Source: Octopus vulgaris (taxonomy: Eukaryota). Taken from it: a DNA stretch of 64,000 nucleotides. Numbering within the stretch: the first letter of the stretch is position 1; each line of letters starts with the position of its first letter. The translations under genes and the position numbers were made by a program. The stretch lies in NCBI GenBank assembly GCA_951406725.2, contig OX597814.1:199702001-199766000 (forward strand), given 5' to 3'. Positions 25,433-37,320 of this stretch are shown in pieces. The notes under the pieces were generated by a model, which searched no databases, was not told the DNA's origin, and saw only the letters and a list, made by a program, of their open reading frames with translations.

Positions 25433-26659
25433 TAACAGGAAGCCATCACTGGGAAATTTCCTCTAGTTATTATATTTTAGTATTTCACTTGTGTTGTTTA
25501 ATAATTACAGTAGGCATAATTAAGAATTCAAGCAAGTTTGTACAATTTTTACCTGAAATTGAAGAAGTTTGAATATTGCTTTGAAATTATATTTAGCAGA
25601 TTGTATACTTCTGTGTAACATATCGCTTCTTGTTTGACATTTATCATTTTTTTATATTGACCCTATCATAATCAAATATCATCTCTAATTACTTTGTCTC
25701 TACGTATACTTGCTGTATCTGTGTTTTGATTGTTACTTATCATTATGCATTTCAAAATATCTCATCTGTTTGCTGTGCATATCAGTAATATTTTCTTTTT
25801 ATGTATTTGGATCCTTACATCTAATATATCATCTCTTACTCAATTAGCTTGTGTATTCAGTAGATCTCTGAAGCCCATCGATGCATCAAAGCAACCACAT
25901 TTACATCCATTCCTTGTCAGTTACAGCACAACCTTTCCTTTCATCTGCAATGCTTCGTTACATCACCAGAGTCATAATGCATAAATCATAAAGCATAGTT
26001 TTTATTCAAAAACGAATTTGCTATTGATGTCAGCATTAATTCTTTCGATAGTCTTCACATGTTCCAATGAAGTTCCTTAACAAATCTTGGTTATTTGTGT
26101 TGCATAAACTTATCTCACATAGATTCCTTTACCTTTCTCTACAAATGATGATATGCATTTATATAAATAGACAATGGATTATATTATCTTATAATGAAGC
26201 TTATATATTGATATCCAAAGACACGATATGCTCAGGTGTGACTGAGTTGTGAAATGCTTGCTTCTCTCCCACATTTGTCCAGGTTCAGTCCCACCGAATG
26301 GCACTTTGGGTAAGAGTCTGACAAAAGCCTTATGAGTGGATGTAGCTGACAGAAACTGAAAGAAGCCCATCGTGTGTGTGTGTGTGTGGGGGGGATTGTG
26401 TGTGTTTGTATCCCCCACCCCACTGCTTGACAACTGGGGTTGGTTTGTGTATGTCCCCGTAACTTAGAAGTTCAACAAAAAAGACTAAGTATTAAGTTTT
26501 AAAAAAGTACTGGGGTTGATTCACTCAACTAAAAGCCCTTCAAGGTGGTGCCCCGACATGGCCACAATCCAATGATTGAAACAATTGAAAGATAAATGAT
26601 ACACACTCTCGTAAAGAATATAAACATCTGTATATTGAAGACACAACCCTGATATATTC

Positions 26660-27305
26660 TTTTCTACTCTTGGCACAAAGCCTGAAATTTTGGGGGAGGG
26701 GGGACCAGTTGATTAAATCGACTTCAGTATGCAACTGGTACTTAATTTATCGACCCCGAAAGGATGAAAGGCAAAATCGACCTTGGCAGAATTTGAACTC
26801 AGAATGTAAAGGCAAATGAAATACCTATTTCTTTACTACCCACAAGGGGCTACACACAGAGGGGACAAACAAGGACAGACAAACGGATTAAGTCGATTAT
26901 ATCAATCCCAGTGCGTAACTGATACTTAATTTATTGACCCTGAAAGGATGAAAAGCAAAGTCGACCTTGGCAGAATTTGAACTCAGAATGTAAAGGCAAA
27001 CGACATACCGCTAAGCATTTTGCCCGGCGTGCTAACATTTCTGCCAGCTTGCAACCTTATAACCTTAATATATTTATTTCTTTATTGCCCACAGGGGGCT
27101 AAACATATAGGGGACAAATAAGGACAAACAAAGGGATTAAGTCGATTACATCGACTGCTGTGCATAACTGGTACTTATTTAATCGATCCCGAAAGGATGA
27201 AAAGTAATGTCGACCATGGCAGAATTTAAACTCAGAATGTAAAAGCAGACGAAATACTGCTAAGCGTTTCGTCCGGCATCCTAACATTTCTGCCAGCTCA
27301 CCATC
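26660..27305 (-). mobile_element. Cluster of family B SINEs
   Basis: Three repeats of the GGATGAAAGGCAAAGTCGACC..GGCAGAATTTGAACTCAGAA block. Confidence 0.85.
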
Positions 27306-28094
27306 ATACAACCTCAATATATTGTGAGTTCTTGGGTTAACTGTTGGGAAATTGAAGGCAAATTTAGCATTTCAGCGTCTTGAAGACTGGGATTCAGAAC
27401 CAAAAGCCATTCGATTAAATGTTTTGATCTCTCTAATATGATTTTCTTTCTTTCCATTTTAAAATTCCTTTCCAAAGTCAGTCATTCATAATGAGTAATG
27501 TGTAAAGCTATTCTTTTGGGAAATTTCTTTAACAAATTAGTTTTAAAATAAATAAATAAATAAATAGCTAGGAAATACTAAGATTTTCATCTGGGAGTGT
27601 GCGGATTCATTATGAGTAATTTCACTTACTGCAAACTCGTTTTTGCTTAAAGCAGCTTCTGTTTATCTAGAAGTATATTAATTGATCGAATAGTGATATA
27701 CCATGGATAGTGCAGTACATGAACTGCAGATTGGTTGCCCTTAACAACCTGAGAAGCAGTAGCGAGCCATCTTCAGATATACATTTAAATTCATTATGAT
27801 AAGTGTTGGAAAGAAGTAAATATTCTCCTAGCCTAACTACATCATTAAGAGTTTATTGTTTAAAAACAGATAATATTCATATTTCTTGGGAAATCTGTGC
27901 CAATATTAACCATTTGAAGACTGATATAAAAATATTTATTTTTCTATCATACCTTTTTAAATAATCAATAAATAACACTTAAAAGTCAATTGTATTATAA
28001 CTCTTAATATTGATCAGCCCTTTAGCATTCAGATTCCTCTCTCAAATCCTATCACTTGTTTATTCACATTCATCATGAACATCGAAATAAATAT

Positions 28095-28660
28095 CAATGG
28101 AAATAGTAGTTGTGATTCCTGTGCCAGTGGCACAAAAAAGCACCATCCAAACGTGGCCATTGCCAGTGCTGCCTCGACTGGCTTCTGTGCCGGTGGCACA
28201 TAAAAAGCACCATCCGAACGTGGCCGATGCCAGCGCCGCCTCGACTGGCTTCTGTGCCGGTGGCACATAAAAAGCACCATCCGAACATGGCCGATGCCTT
28301 GGCTGGCTTCCGTGCCGGTGGCACGTTAAAAGCACCAACCAATCGTGGCCGATGTTAGACTCCCCTGTACCTGTGCTGGTGGCATGTAAAAAGCACCCAC
28401 TACACTCGCAGAGTGGTTGGCGTTAGGAAGAGCATCCAGCTGTAGAAACACTGCCAGATCAGACTGGAGCCTGGTGCAGCCTCCTGGCTTCCCAGACCCC
28501 AGTCAAACCGTCCAACCCGTGCTAGCGCAGAAAACGGACGTTAAACGATGATGATGATGATCATAATCATCATCGTTAAACGTCCGCTTTCCATGCTAGC
28601 ATGGGTTGGACGATTTGACTGAGGGCTGGCGAACCAGATGGCTGCACCAGGCTCCAATCA
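28095..28660. mobile_element. Family C element with five internal units (+) and an inverted tail fragment (-)
   Basis: Units start near 28121, 28187, 28254, 28312 and 28372. Tail-to-tail junction at about 28560. Confidence 0.9.
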
Positions 28661-28916
28661 TGCATTATCTCATAGCTTCAAAATTTCAAATGATGTGATT
28701 GTGTATTTTTAGAATGACACTGTAGGATATGTTCTAGGTGGTTTGAACATAAAACAAGGTAGCATATTTGGGGCTGGATATTACCAGATTAAACGTTAAA
28801 GTATAAAGGCTTAATGAAAAACTATGAAATTTGTCAAGATTTGTTGAAACCAGGGGACCAGACTCCTGGCAGTTTGCTGTGCTTGAAAGACACATCAAGC
28901 TAAATAAAAGTTGCCA

Positions 28917-29090
28917 TGATAGATCGGTAGCCACTACACACATTTTTTTCTATCCTTGTTTTTTTCTGTGTCCCTTTCTGTAGGCTCGAAATGTAAAAGA
29001 CTTTTTCTATTCCTGAGCGTAATACTAATACTTCTGTTTGTTTTGTACACCACCTGTCTTCGTCTTTTGTTTTTTTTTGTGAACTCTCCC
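28917..29090 (+). mobile_element. Penelope-like terminal fragment
   Basis: GATAGATCGGTAGCCACTACACAC...GCTCGAAA(T/C)GTAAAAG. Same family as 52835-52950 and 53421-53605. Confidence 0.55.
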
Positions 29091-29728
29091 TAAATAAAAT
29101 TGTGGTTGCTCTGGCATACAGACTCATCCCCTACAACCCTCTCCAGCTGAATGTGTATCCCTGATCTTGCAAGCTTGTAGGTGCTGGGATCACATAAAAA
29201 GCATTCATGCCGGTGCTGCATAAAAACAGCCAGTTCACTCTGTAAAGTGGTTGATGTTAGGAAGGGCATCCTGCTGTTGTTTTTAAGCGACAAGACAGGT
29301 AAGGGTGATTAGGTGATGGTCTGGGGCTTAGGGGCGGGAGACCTCAGACCTTGGAAAAAAAAACTTTGGTCGTCTTGTAGTCGAGGGCTCTTCATTGATG
29401 CCCGACACCACTGGGAGGTGGCCCTCGAAGTCACTGGAAATGGAGATCTCCAGGTCCAAATTCTTGAAAAGCATCCAGCTGTAGAAATCACGCCAAAACA
29501 GACAGGGAGCCTGAACAGCCCTTCAACTGGTCGGCTTCTGTCAAACAGTCCAACCCATGCCAGCATGGAAAACGAACATTAAACGATGATGTTGATTATG
29601 ATGAACCGATCACTATTAGTAGAAAATAGCTGTTTGTCATCAGGGTATCAGATGTTTTAACACAGCCATTTTAGTGTCACCTATTCAGCATTGCCTATTC
29701 AACACTGACTTATTTGATATCAGATGTT

Positions 29729-29945
29729 TTAACCCTTTTGTTACCAACCCGGCTCTGACTCTGTAGTATTACTGTCTTGTTTTCATAGGTTTTTCATTAA
29801 AATCTTCCACCAAACCTTAGTTGCAATTTATGTTTCTAAAACTAGCTGAATGATAACTAAGTTATTTTACTAGATTCTTTATTATATTTAAAATAATTGA
29901 AAGAAACACAGAGCATCTTAAAATAAATATAGTAACGAAATGTTT
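29729..29945 (+). mobile_element. TTAA MITE family 1
   Basis: Matches 1403-1626. Confidence 0.8.
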
Positions 29946-30242
29946 TTTGTTTAAATGTTTCTCTTGTTCTCTTCTTCCCTCTCCCTTTCTGTTTGTTTAT
30001 GTGTGTGAGCACCTAATTATGCTTGCATGTGTATGGAACCTATATAGTAACTTTATAAACAGGGTTCATTTAGTTGATTCTCGGTAGATTGAAAGAAAAT
30101 AAGCAACCTTAATTGATTTTCAAATCTTATTGGATTCCCATGAGAGGCGTCTACATCAATTTGAGAAACATACAACCAATCTGTTTACATACTCAAACAA
30201 TTAGTCATCGTCATCATTATCATCATCATCTTTTAATATCAG

Positions 30243-30660
30243 GTGGCACTGGCATCGACCACGCTCGAATGGTGCTTTTTATGTGTCACCAGGGAGGGAG
30301 TCAGTCACGTAGCATTGGCACTGACCATGCTCAAATGGTGCTCTTTACATGCTACTGGTACAGGAGTTAGTCAGGTAGCACAGGCATCAACCATGCTTGT
30401 ATTATGCCTTTTACGTGCCACCAGCACAGAAGGCAGTCAGGCGGCATTAGCATCAACCATGCTTGTATGGTACTTTATACGTACCACTGGCACGGGTGCG
30501 AGTCAGGAGGCATGGCATTGACCACACTCAAATGGTGCTTTTTACAGGTCACCAGCATGGGAGCCAGTCAAACAGCACTAGCATCAGCCACGCTCAAATG
30601 GTGCTTTTTACGTGCCACTGGCATGGGAGTCAGTCAGGTGGCACTGGCATCAGCCACAGT
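30243..30660 (-). repeat. Array of about six ~65 bp family C internal units
   Basis: AATGGTGCTTTTTACGTGCCAC recurs near 30267, 30333, 30399, 30465, 30530 and 30596. Confidence 0.85.
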
Positions 30661-30954
30661 TTCAGAAAACTGGGGCTTCTAATTTGAATACCATGTTTTC
30701 TCTCTATCTATCTATCTCTTTCTATCTCTTTGTCCATTTCCACACACACCAGTTTACTTCTAGCACCAAAATGTACAGTCCCCAAAACACTGAATGCCCA
30801 TTTGGCCATGCCACATCATCATCATCCAAACAGCCAGGCCCAGTTGTCTCATTCTATTATCATCAAGCTTCTTATTTCATATTATTGTAAATCATAAAAC
30901 GGTTTAGATTGCAGTTTTATTGTTTTAAAGGTTTTCATATTATTTAAATAACTG

Positions 30955-31288
30955 TGGCACTGCATGGCACCTTGGGCAAGTGTCTTCTACTATAGCCTCG
31001 GGCTGACCAAAGTGTTGTGAGTGGATTTGGTAGATGGAAACTGAAAGAAGCCCGTCGTGTATATGTATATATATGTGTATGTGTGTCTGTGTTTCTCCCC
31101 ACAACATTGCTTGACAACCGATGTTGGTGTGTTTACTTCCCCCGTAACTTAGCGGTTCGGCAAAAGAGACCGATAGAATAAGTATTAGGCTTACAAAGAA
31201 TAAGTCCTGGGGTTGATTTGCTCAACTAATGGTGGTGCTCCAGCATGGCTGCAGTCAAATGACTGAAACCAGAAAAAGAGTAAAAGAG
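30955..31288 (+). mobile_element. 5'-truncated family A SINE
   Basis: Match to the other copies. Confidence 0.9.
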
Positions 31289-32529
31289 AATGGTATTTCA
31301 TATTTTTGTGTAGTATATTCTATTTTCCCTTTTAGCAACTTGGAAACTGAAAGTTTTTGATTTCTAGCATTTTTGGCTGAAACTCGTTTTGTTGACTTGT
31401 TAGTGACTCTTTCATTCTTAATCATCACCATAGTAATAAATACTTTGCTGTGTTTGCATGCATACGATAGCGCCAAAGATGTCATTTCATTCCATACATC
31501 ACAATCTGACATCGAATCTGAGATTACCTAATTTTCAAATCAATTCATGTTGGCTCTTCCTTACTCAACTGGTTCTTATTGTTATTTTTTAGTAAATGTA
31601 CCACTACTAACTCACAGCATTTTTCTATACATCATCTATTCATGCACCATTTTAGAGACATGAGCATCTTTAACTGTTTGCATATGCTACAACCACTAAA
31701 ATCAGACAATTATCAAATCACTGCTTCAGTCCTGGTTGCTTTCAACATAACATTCAAAAAGAGCCTAACTAGAAAATATGAAGTAAAGAAAGGTCTTATG
31801 GATCCTAGTTGAGAACAACTGATGTAGAGAAAAATAAAATTCTTCTTTTCGTATGACCCTTGGGGATCCTTATAAGATTTTGTTGCTAAAATTGAAGTGC
31901 ATTAAACAGGTTAAACTTCTGCAATAGACATGTGGCTTAGTGGTTAAGGGCATTCGGCTCCCAATCGTAAGGTCATGAGTTCAATTTTCTGCAACGCGTT
32001 GTGTCCTTGAGCAAGGCACTTTATTTCACATTGCTCCAGTCTAACTCAGCTGGCAAAAATGAGTAGTACCTGTATTTCAAAGGGCCAGCCTTGTCACACT
32101 CTGTGTCACGCTGAATCTCCCTGAGAATGATATTAAGGGTACACGTGTCTGTGGAGTGCTCAGCCACTTGCACGTTAATTTCAGGAGCAAGCTGTTCCAT
32201 TGATCGTATCAGCTGGGACCCTCATCATCGTAACTGACAGAGTGCTCTATTTTTTTTTTTTTTACTTCTACAATACACAAAATATTTAACAATATTTTAA
32301 ATACAATTCTTTGTCCACAGCAGAAGTGTTAAGGACACTCCGCTCTCCTACCAGAGAGGATTGGCCTGCAAGAGTCCAGGGCCTGTGCCACATAAAAAGC
32401 ACTTAGACCAATGCCACATAAAAGTGCTCATGCGATGTCATGTAGAACCATCCAGCACATTCTGTAAAGTCATTGTCGTTATGAAGAGTATCCAGCCATA
32501 GAAACTATACCAAATCAGAGTGGAGTCTG

Positions 32530-33197
32530 TACAGGCACCATTTATCGTCACCAGTAACGATTCGGTAAAGAAATTGTTGCTTGTGTCCATGAGTTGAGTG
32601 GTGATGAGCAAGCAAACCAGTGGAGATTGCGGCTCATCTATTTTGTCACTTAAAGCATGTGGAACCCATGCTCCATAATTCTGAACCTTTCCTATAGAGT
32701 AAAGATACTTCTCTATAGCAGTGTGGGAGCATTCCATTTTCTCTGCAAGTTCCCTTGTTGTTTGACGAGAATTTTCATGCTAAAGTTGGTTTAATCGCTC
32801 TTCATCGAACTCAACTGGATGGCCAGAGTGAGGTGTGTCTTTGAGGTCAAAATTTCCATTTTTGAAGTTGGCATACCAATCATGAGTAGTTCTTTCAGCT
32901 ATGGCACCCTCTCCATACATAGCACAAATGTTGCAAGCAACTTTTGTGACTTTAGAACCTTGATTAAAAGCAAAAAGAAGGAGGTGTCGAAAATGCTCAT
33001 TTTTCTTAACTTGACATTCCATTTTAATGATCTAAAAATAAACAAAAATTAACTAAAATTAACTAGAAAAAAAAAAGATCCCAAAATGATTTAAAAATAG
33101 AATTCTCGAAAAAAAATAGATTCCAAAATTTAAATATGCAATAAATTCCAAAATTAAAAAAAAAAAAAACAGTGGGAACTTAGTTGCCAACCCAATA
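32530..33197 (-). mobile_element. Mariner transposon 5' half with degraded transposase
   Basis: TIR-like TATTGGGTTGGCAACTAAGTTCCC. Translation MECQVKKNEHFRHLLLFAFNQG...GNFDLKDTPHSGHP, WVPHAL, RIVTGDDKW; broken by stops and frameshifts. Confidence 0.9.
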
Positions 33198-34039
33198 AAT
33201 AGTTGGCAGGCTTCCTACAACTTCCAGATACCAAATTCCCTTTAAGGAGTTCGGTCAGCTCAAAGTGCTGTGCAGTGGAACCAAATTCAAAACCACAAGG
33301 TGAAGAAGCAAGCTTCTTACCCACACAGCCATACTTGCACCTAAAACCAAAAATCTAAACCATGCATGATAGTGTTTCACGCTACCATACCCAAACCCCC
33401 AAACCACTAATAGACATCAATATAAGAATTAATTTGAGACAGAAAAAAAGAAACAGACAACTTAGAGAACTGGTGGAACTTGGAGCTTGTTTCTATCAGT
33501 GTGAGATACAAACATAGTCTGTTTCCTGTCAGAAGGCTTGTTTCTCTGTTATGTTTCAAAAAGGTACTTTTAATCTCCAATATCATTTAAATTCAAATAT
33601 TGACAGTTAATTCATAATGATAACCTGAAATTCTCAACCGTATTTTGAAAATCATCCCTGAAGATTATGGTTGAACTCAAAGAAATGACAGTTATAAGAT
33701 GAATAATGTATAATTTATAGTTACTTTTTGTTTTTTTGGTCTTTTTTTAATCTTATTTTTGGTTGAACTATATGATCTTTCAAACAACATTATACTGTGT
33801 GGTGGGGGTTGTGTGTGTAAGCATATATATATGCTTAAAAATGTATGTACAAATTTATACATATATACCTATATATATGTGTGTGGGTGTGTGCCCACGT
33901 GCATATGTGTGTGTGTGTGTGTCTGTGTCATCATCATCACCATTTAACATCTGTTTTCGATGCTGGCATGAGTAGGACAGTTTGACAGGAACTTGCAAGT
34001 AAGAAGGCTGCACCAAATATGTCTATGAATATATATGTG

Positions 34040-34400
34040 TAATCAAAATCAAATCAAAACCAAATCATGATCAAATGGAAATTGTAGTTGTGGCTGATAC
34101 CAGTGCCACCTGACTGGCTCCCCGTGGCTAGTGGTATGTCAAAAGCACCGTCCAAATGCGGTCGATGCCAGCCTCCCTGCCCCAACTGGCTCCTGTGCCT
34201 CAAGCATATAAAAAGCACCATCCAGACGTGACCAATACCAGTGCCACCTGACTGGCTCCTGTGCCAGCGACACATAAAAAGCACCCACTACACTCTCAGA
34301 GTGGTTGGTGGAGCTTGGTGTGGCCACCTGGCTTACCAGTCCCCAGTCAAACCATCCAACCCATGCCAGCATGGAAAACGGACGTTAAACGATGATGATG
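34040..34400 (+). mobile_element. Family C SINE-like element
   Basis: (AAATC)n start, three internal units, (GAT)n tail; part of the core is deleted. Confidence 0.85.
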
Positions 34401-35517
34401 ATGTATGTGTATATGGTATGTATGTATGTCATCGTCATTTTCTATGATTGCATGGGTCAGGCAGGGTTTATCTGAGGCAGTTTTTCTACACCAGGAGGCC
34501 GTCCCTGTTGCCAACCCTCGCCTGTTTCTGGTTGTTGGGTGAGTCCATTGTGAAAATCATCCAGCTGTCCTCTTTGGCCAGGAAGGACATGCAATAATTA
34601 TCTGTTGCCTGACCTTAGCAAAAAAGGTTATGTGGTTCACAAAAATGAAAGGGCTAAAGACAGGCCCCTTCCACTTGAGCCAAGATGTCATCATTTCCTC
34701 ATGGACAGACATGTTCTTACAGAATGACACTACTTGTTATGAAAGTGACTCTCACATCTATTATGTGATGTCAACACACACACACACACACACACACAAA
34801 GCCTCTTTCTGTCTTTCAATTATCGTTCAACAAATCCACTCACAAGGGGCTATATTAGAAGTCCCTTGGGGCTCTAGTAGAAGTCCCTTGCCCAAGGTAT
34901 CACATAGTGAGATTGAACCCAGAAAAATTCAGTTGGCAGCAAACTTCTTACCACACAGCCATGCTTGTGGCTATAACAATCACATCTGCATGTGTGTGTG
35001 TGTGTGTGTGTATAAAATCCAACCCATGCCAGCATGGAAAACAGATGTTAAACGATATGCTCATATACATATGTACACATCATCATCATTTAACGTCTGT
35101 TTTTCATGCTGGCATGGGTTGGATGATCTGATTGGATTTGATGCTCCATTGTCTCCTTTGGCATGGTCTCTATGGTTAGATGTCTTTCCTAATGCCAACC
35201 ACTTTACAGCATGTATTATGCGCTTTTTTTTTCTTTTTTGTGCCACCAGTACAATGCAGCTTGGAAAACTATGAAACCTGAGAGGAGTAAGGTGGTTTAT
35301 ACTGGGAGGCGAGAGGTTTCTTACTATAGAAGATCTACATGGTTACTCACATTTCAGAAGAGAGAATGATTTTATTCAGGTTTGGTCTCATCAGGTGGTA
35401 TATGGGGCCTGTGTGTTCTACTATAGCCATGAGTCTAACATGGCTTTATTAATGGATTTGCAAGACTAGAGCATGCATGAGTGTGTGTGTCTTGGTGTTT
35501 CCTTAAAACTACATCAC

Positions 35518-35772
35518 TTTTATTGTGTCTGGAGAGAGCCATTTTCTTTTTGTGCCTTATTATGTAAAATTTCCATGTTTTTCTTATTTTCTTATTTTTA
35601 TTGTCCTAAAATTTTTGTTGCGTCTTGCAACGTTTTCAATAGTTTTGAAAAGGTTGCAAGACGCAACAAAATTTTAGGACAATAAAAATAAGGAAAACGT
35701 GGAAATTTTACCGGTGAGTGTGTTACATAATAAGGCACAAAAAGAAAATGACTCTCCCCAGACACAACAAAA
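35518..35772. repeat. ~120 bp-arm palindrome of a Penelope-like end
   Basis: 35518-35639 is the reverse complement of 35644-35772, with small indels. Confidence 0.85.
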
Positions 35773-35975
35773 TATGCTTCAACATACGAACTCATATAAA
35801 GAATCTTGCAAACCAAATCCAAAAACGAAATACATCACTTTTTTTTCTAGAAAATATATTAAACAAAATTGCTCAATTATTGGTGAGTTTTTCCTTTTAT
35901 AAATATTTCGTTTTTTCACTTTAACAAAGATTTCTTTTCCAGATATCTATCAAGCTTTTTCATTATCTATCTAAT

Positions 35976-36270
35976 GTGCAGAAATGTGAATTAATCTTTC
36001 TGGAGAATCTCATTAACCTCACCTTTGTTCTGAAATTGTTTAGCTCCTCAGATACTTTTTTACATTTATATAATACATTGAACATTCGGGTGAACTTCTC
36101 CATAATTATAAATCATTTATATTTCCATAGTTATTTGTATTCCATTCAGTATTTTGCGAGCATCTGTGTTTCATTCTATTTGTAGGACACTATTGTTACA
36201 TGGGACTCTAGTAGCTTTTGTGTTGTTGTAATGGCAATTAGCAGAAGAAATGGTTCACTAGGACTTCGTT
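35976..36270 (+). pseudogene. Putative cadherin-repeat remnant
   Basis: ELIFLENLINLTFVLKL..SD...NIRVNFSII (EN...GT.V..L.A.D...N..I.YSI), then TWDSSSFCVVVMAISRRNGSL. Confidence 0.5.
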
Positions 36271-36949
36271 AATGAATTGCATGAAACAATTCTCTGCAAA
36301 GAAATAAATGCTGTGTGGAATAACAATCAATAAGCAGTAGCAAATATCAATTGCTGAGTGAAATATGCAAGGAATTATTCATAAAATTTTAGCAATGAGA
36401 TATAATTTGTTTAAATTAAATATGTTCAACAAATTAACAAAGATGAAACTGCTGTGAAATAACAATTAATAAATAAGGGCAATTGTAGAGAGAAATATTT
36501 ATAAATTATTCATAAAATTTTAGTGGTAGCATATAATTTCATTCAATAAAACATCTATGTTCACCAAATGAACCAAGTGTTGCATAACATAAGAATTTTA
36601 AACTCCCAAGTGAAATGACAAAGATCACCGTTAAATAGGAGTATAATGTACAATTCAGCAATTATTTAGATTAAAAAACATAAAGTATTTTGTGTAATGT
36701 GATTAAATATCATTTAATAGAACTAATTATTACATATTGCTGTCATTTTAATTTCTGTTTTGACTTGCTTATAGAAACTAGACACTGCTGAGTGGTATTT
36801 TTCTGCATTTCCTAAAAGGAAAGAGAAAGTGTAAGAACATTGTTGGGCCCTGGTCAAAGCAATGCACAGGGACCTATAGTATTTATCTGTTGACAGCAAG
36901 CCACAGCATACAGGAATTAACATAGAGTCCTTGGATCTATGGAGTCACT

Positions 36950-37320
36950 GGGAAAGTGCCCTATATAGCCATACATTTAGACAACACAGAGGGAGAGAGA
37001 AATATCAAAGGGTCAAATAACAGTATATAATACTTCATTCAGCCAACAAATTTATCAAATTTTCTTCTAAAATAATTCTGGGGTCATAAGGAGACCATGC
37101 ATAGTTTTCATGGTACTAAGGTGAAATTGGAACCAATTTAGTCACAATTGGAATTATTTGGTTGTTGATCCAGCACTGGATTAACTGTTGAGTAAAATAA
37201 GCATGTGTTTGGGGCATCAAGGAAAGGGAGAACACTACAGAAAAGGTAAATAGTTTATGGCACAAAAGAAAACACTTTAAATTTGTTAAAGTAATATTCA
37301 GTATGCATATCTCTAAGTAA
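36950..37320 (+). pseudogene. Cadherin-like remnant, duplicated at about 40788-41143
   Basis: NIKGSNNSI*YFIQ (G.N..I.Y.I) and YLVVDP/STG. The second copy is near-identical. Confidence 0.5.

Noticed and set aside
28120-28400. CRISPR-like repeat-spacer appearance of family C units
   Set aside because: The spacers are homologous to one another, the array is part of a dispersed retroposon, no cas genes are present and the context is eukaryotic.
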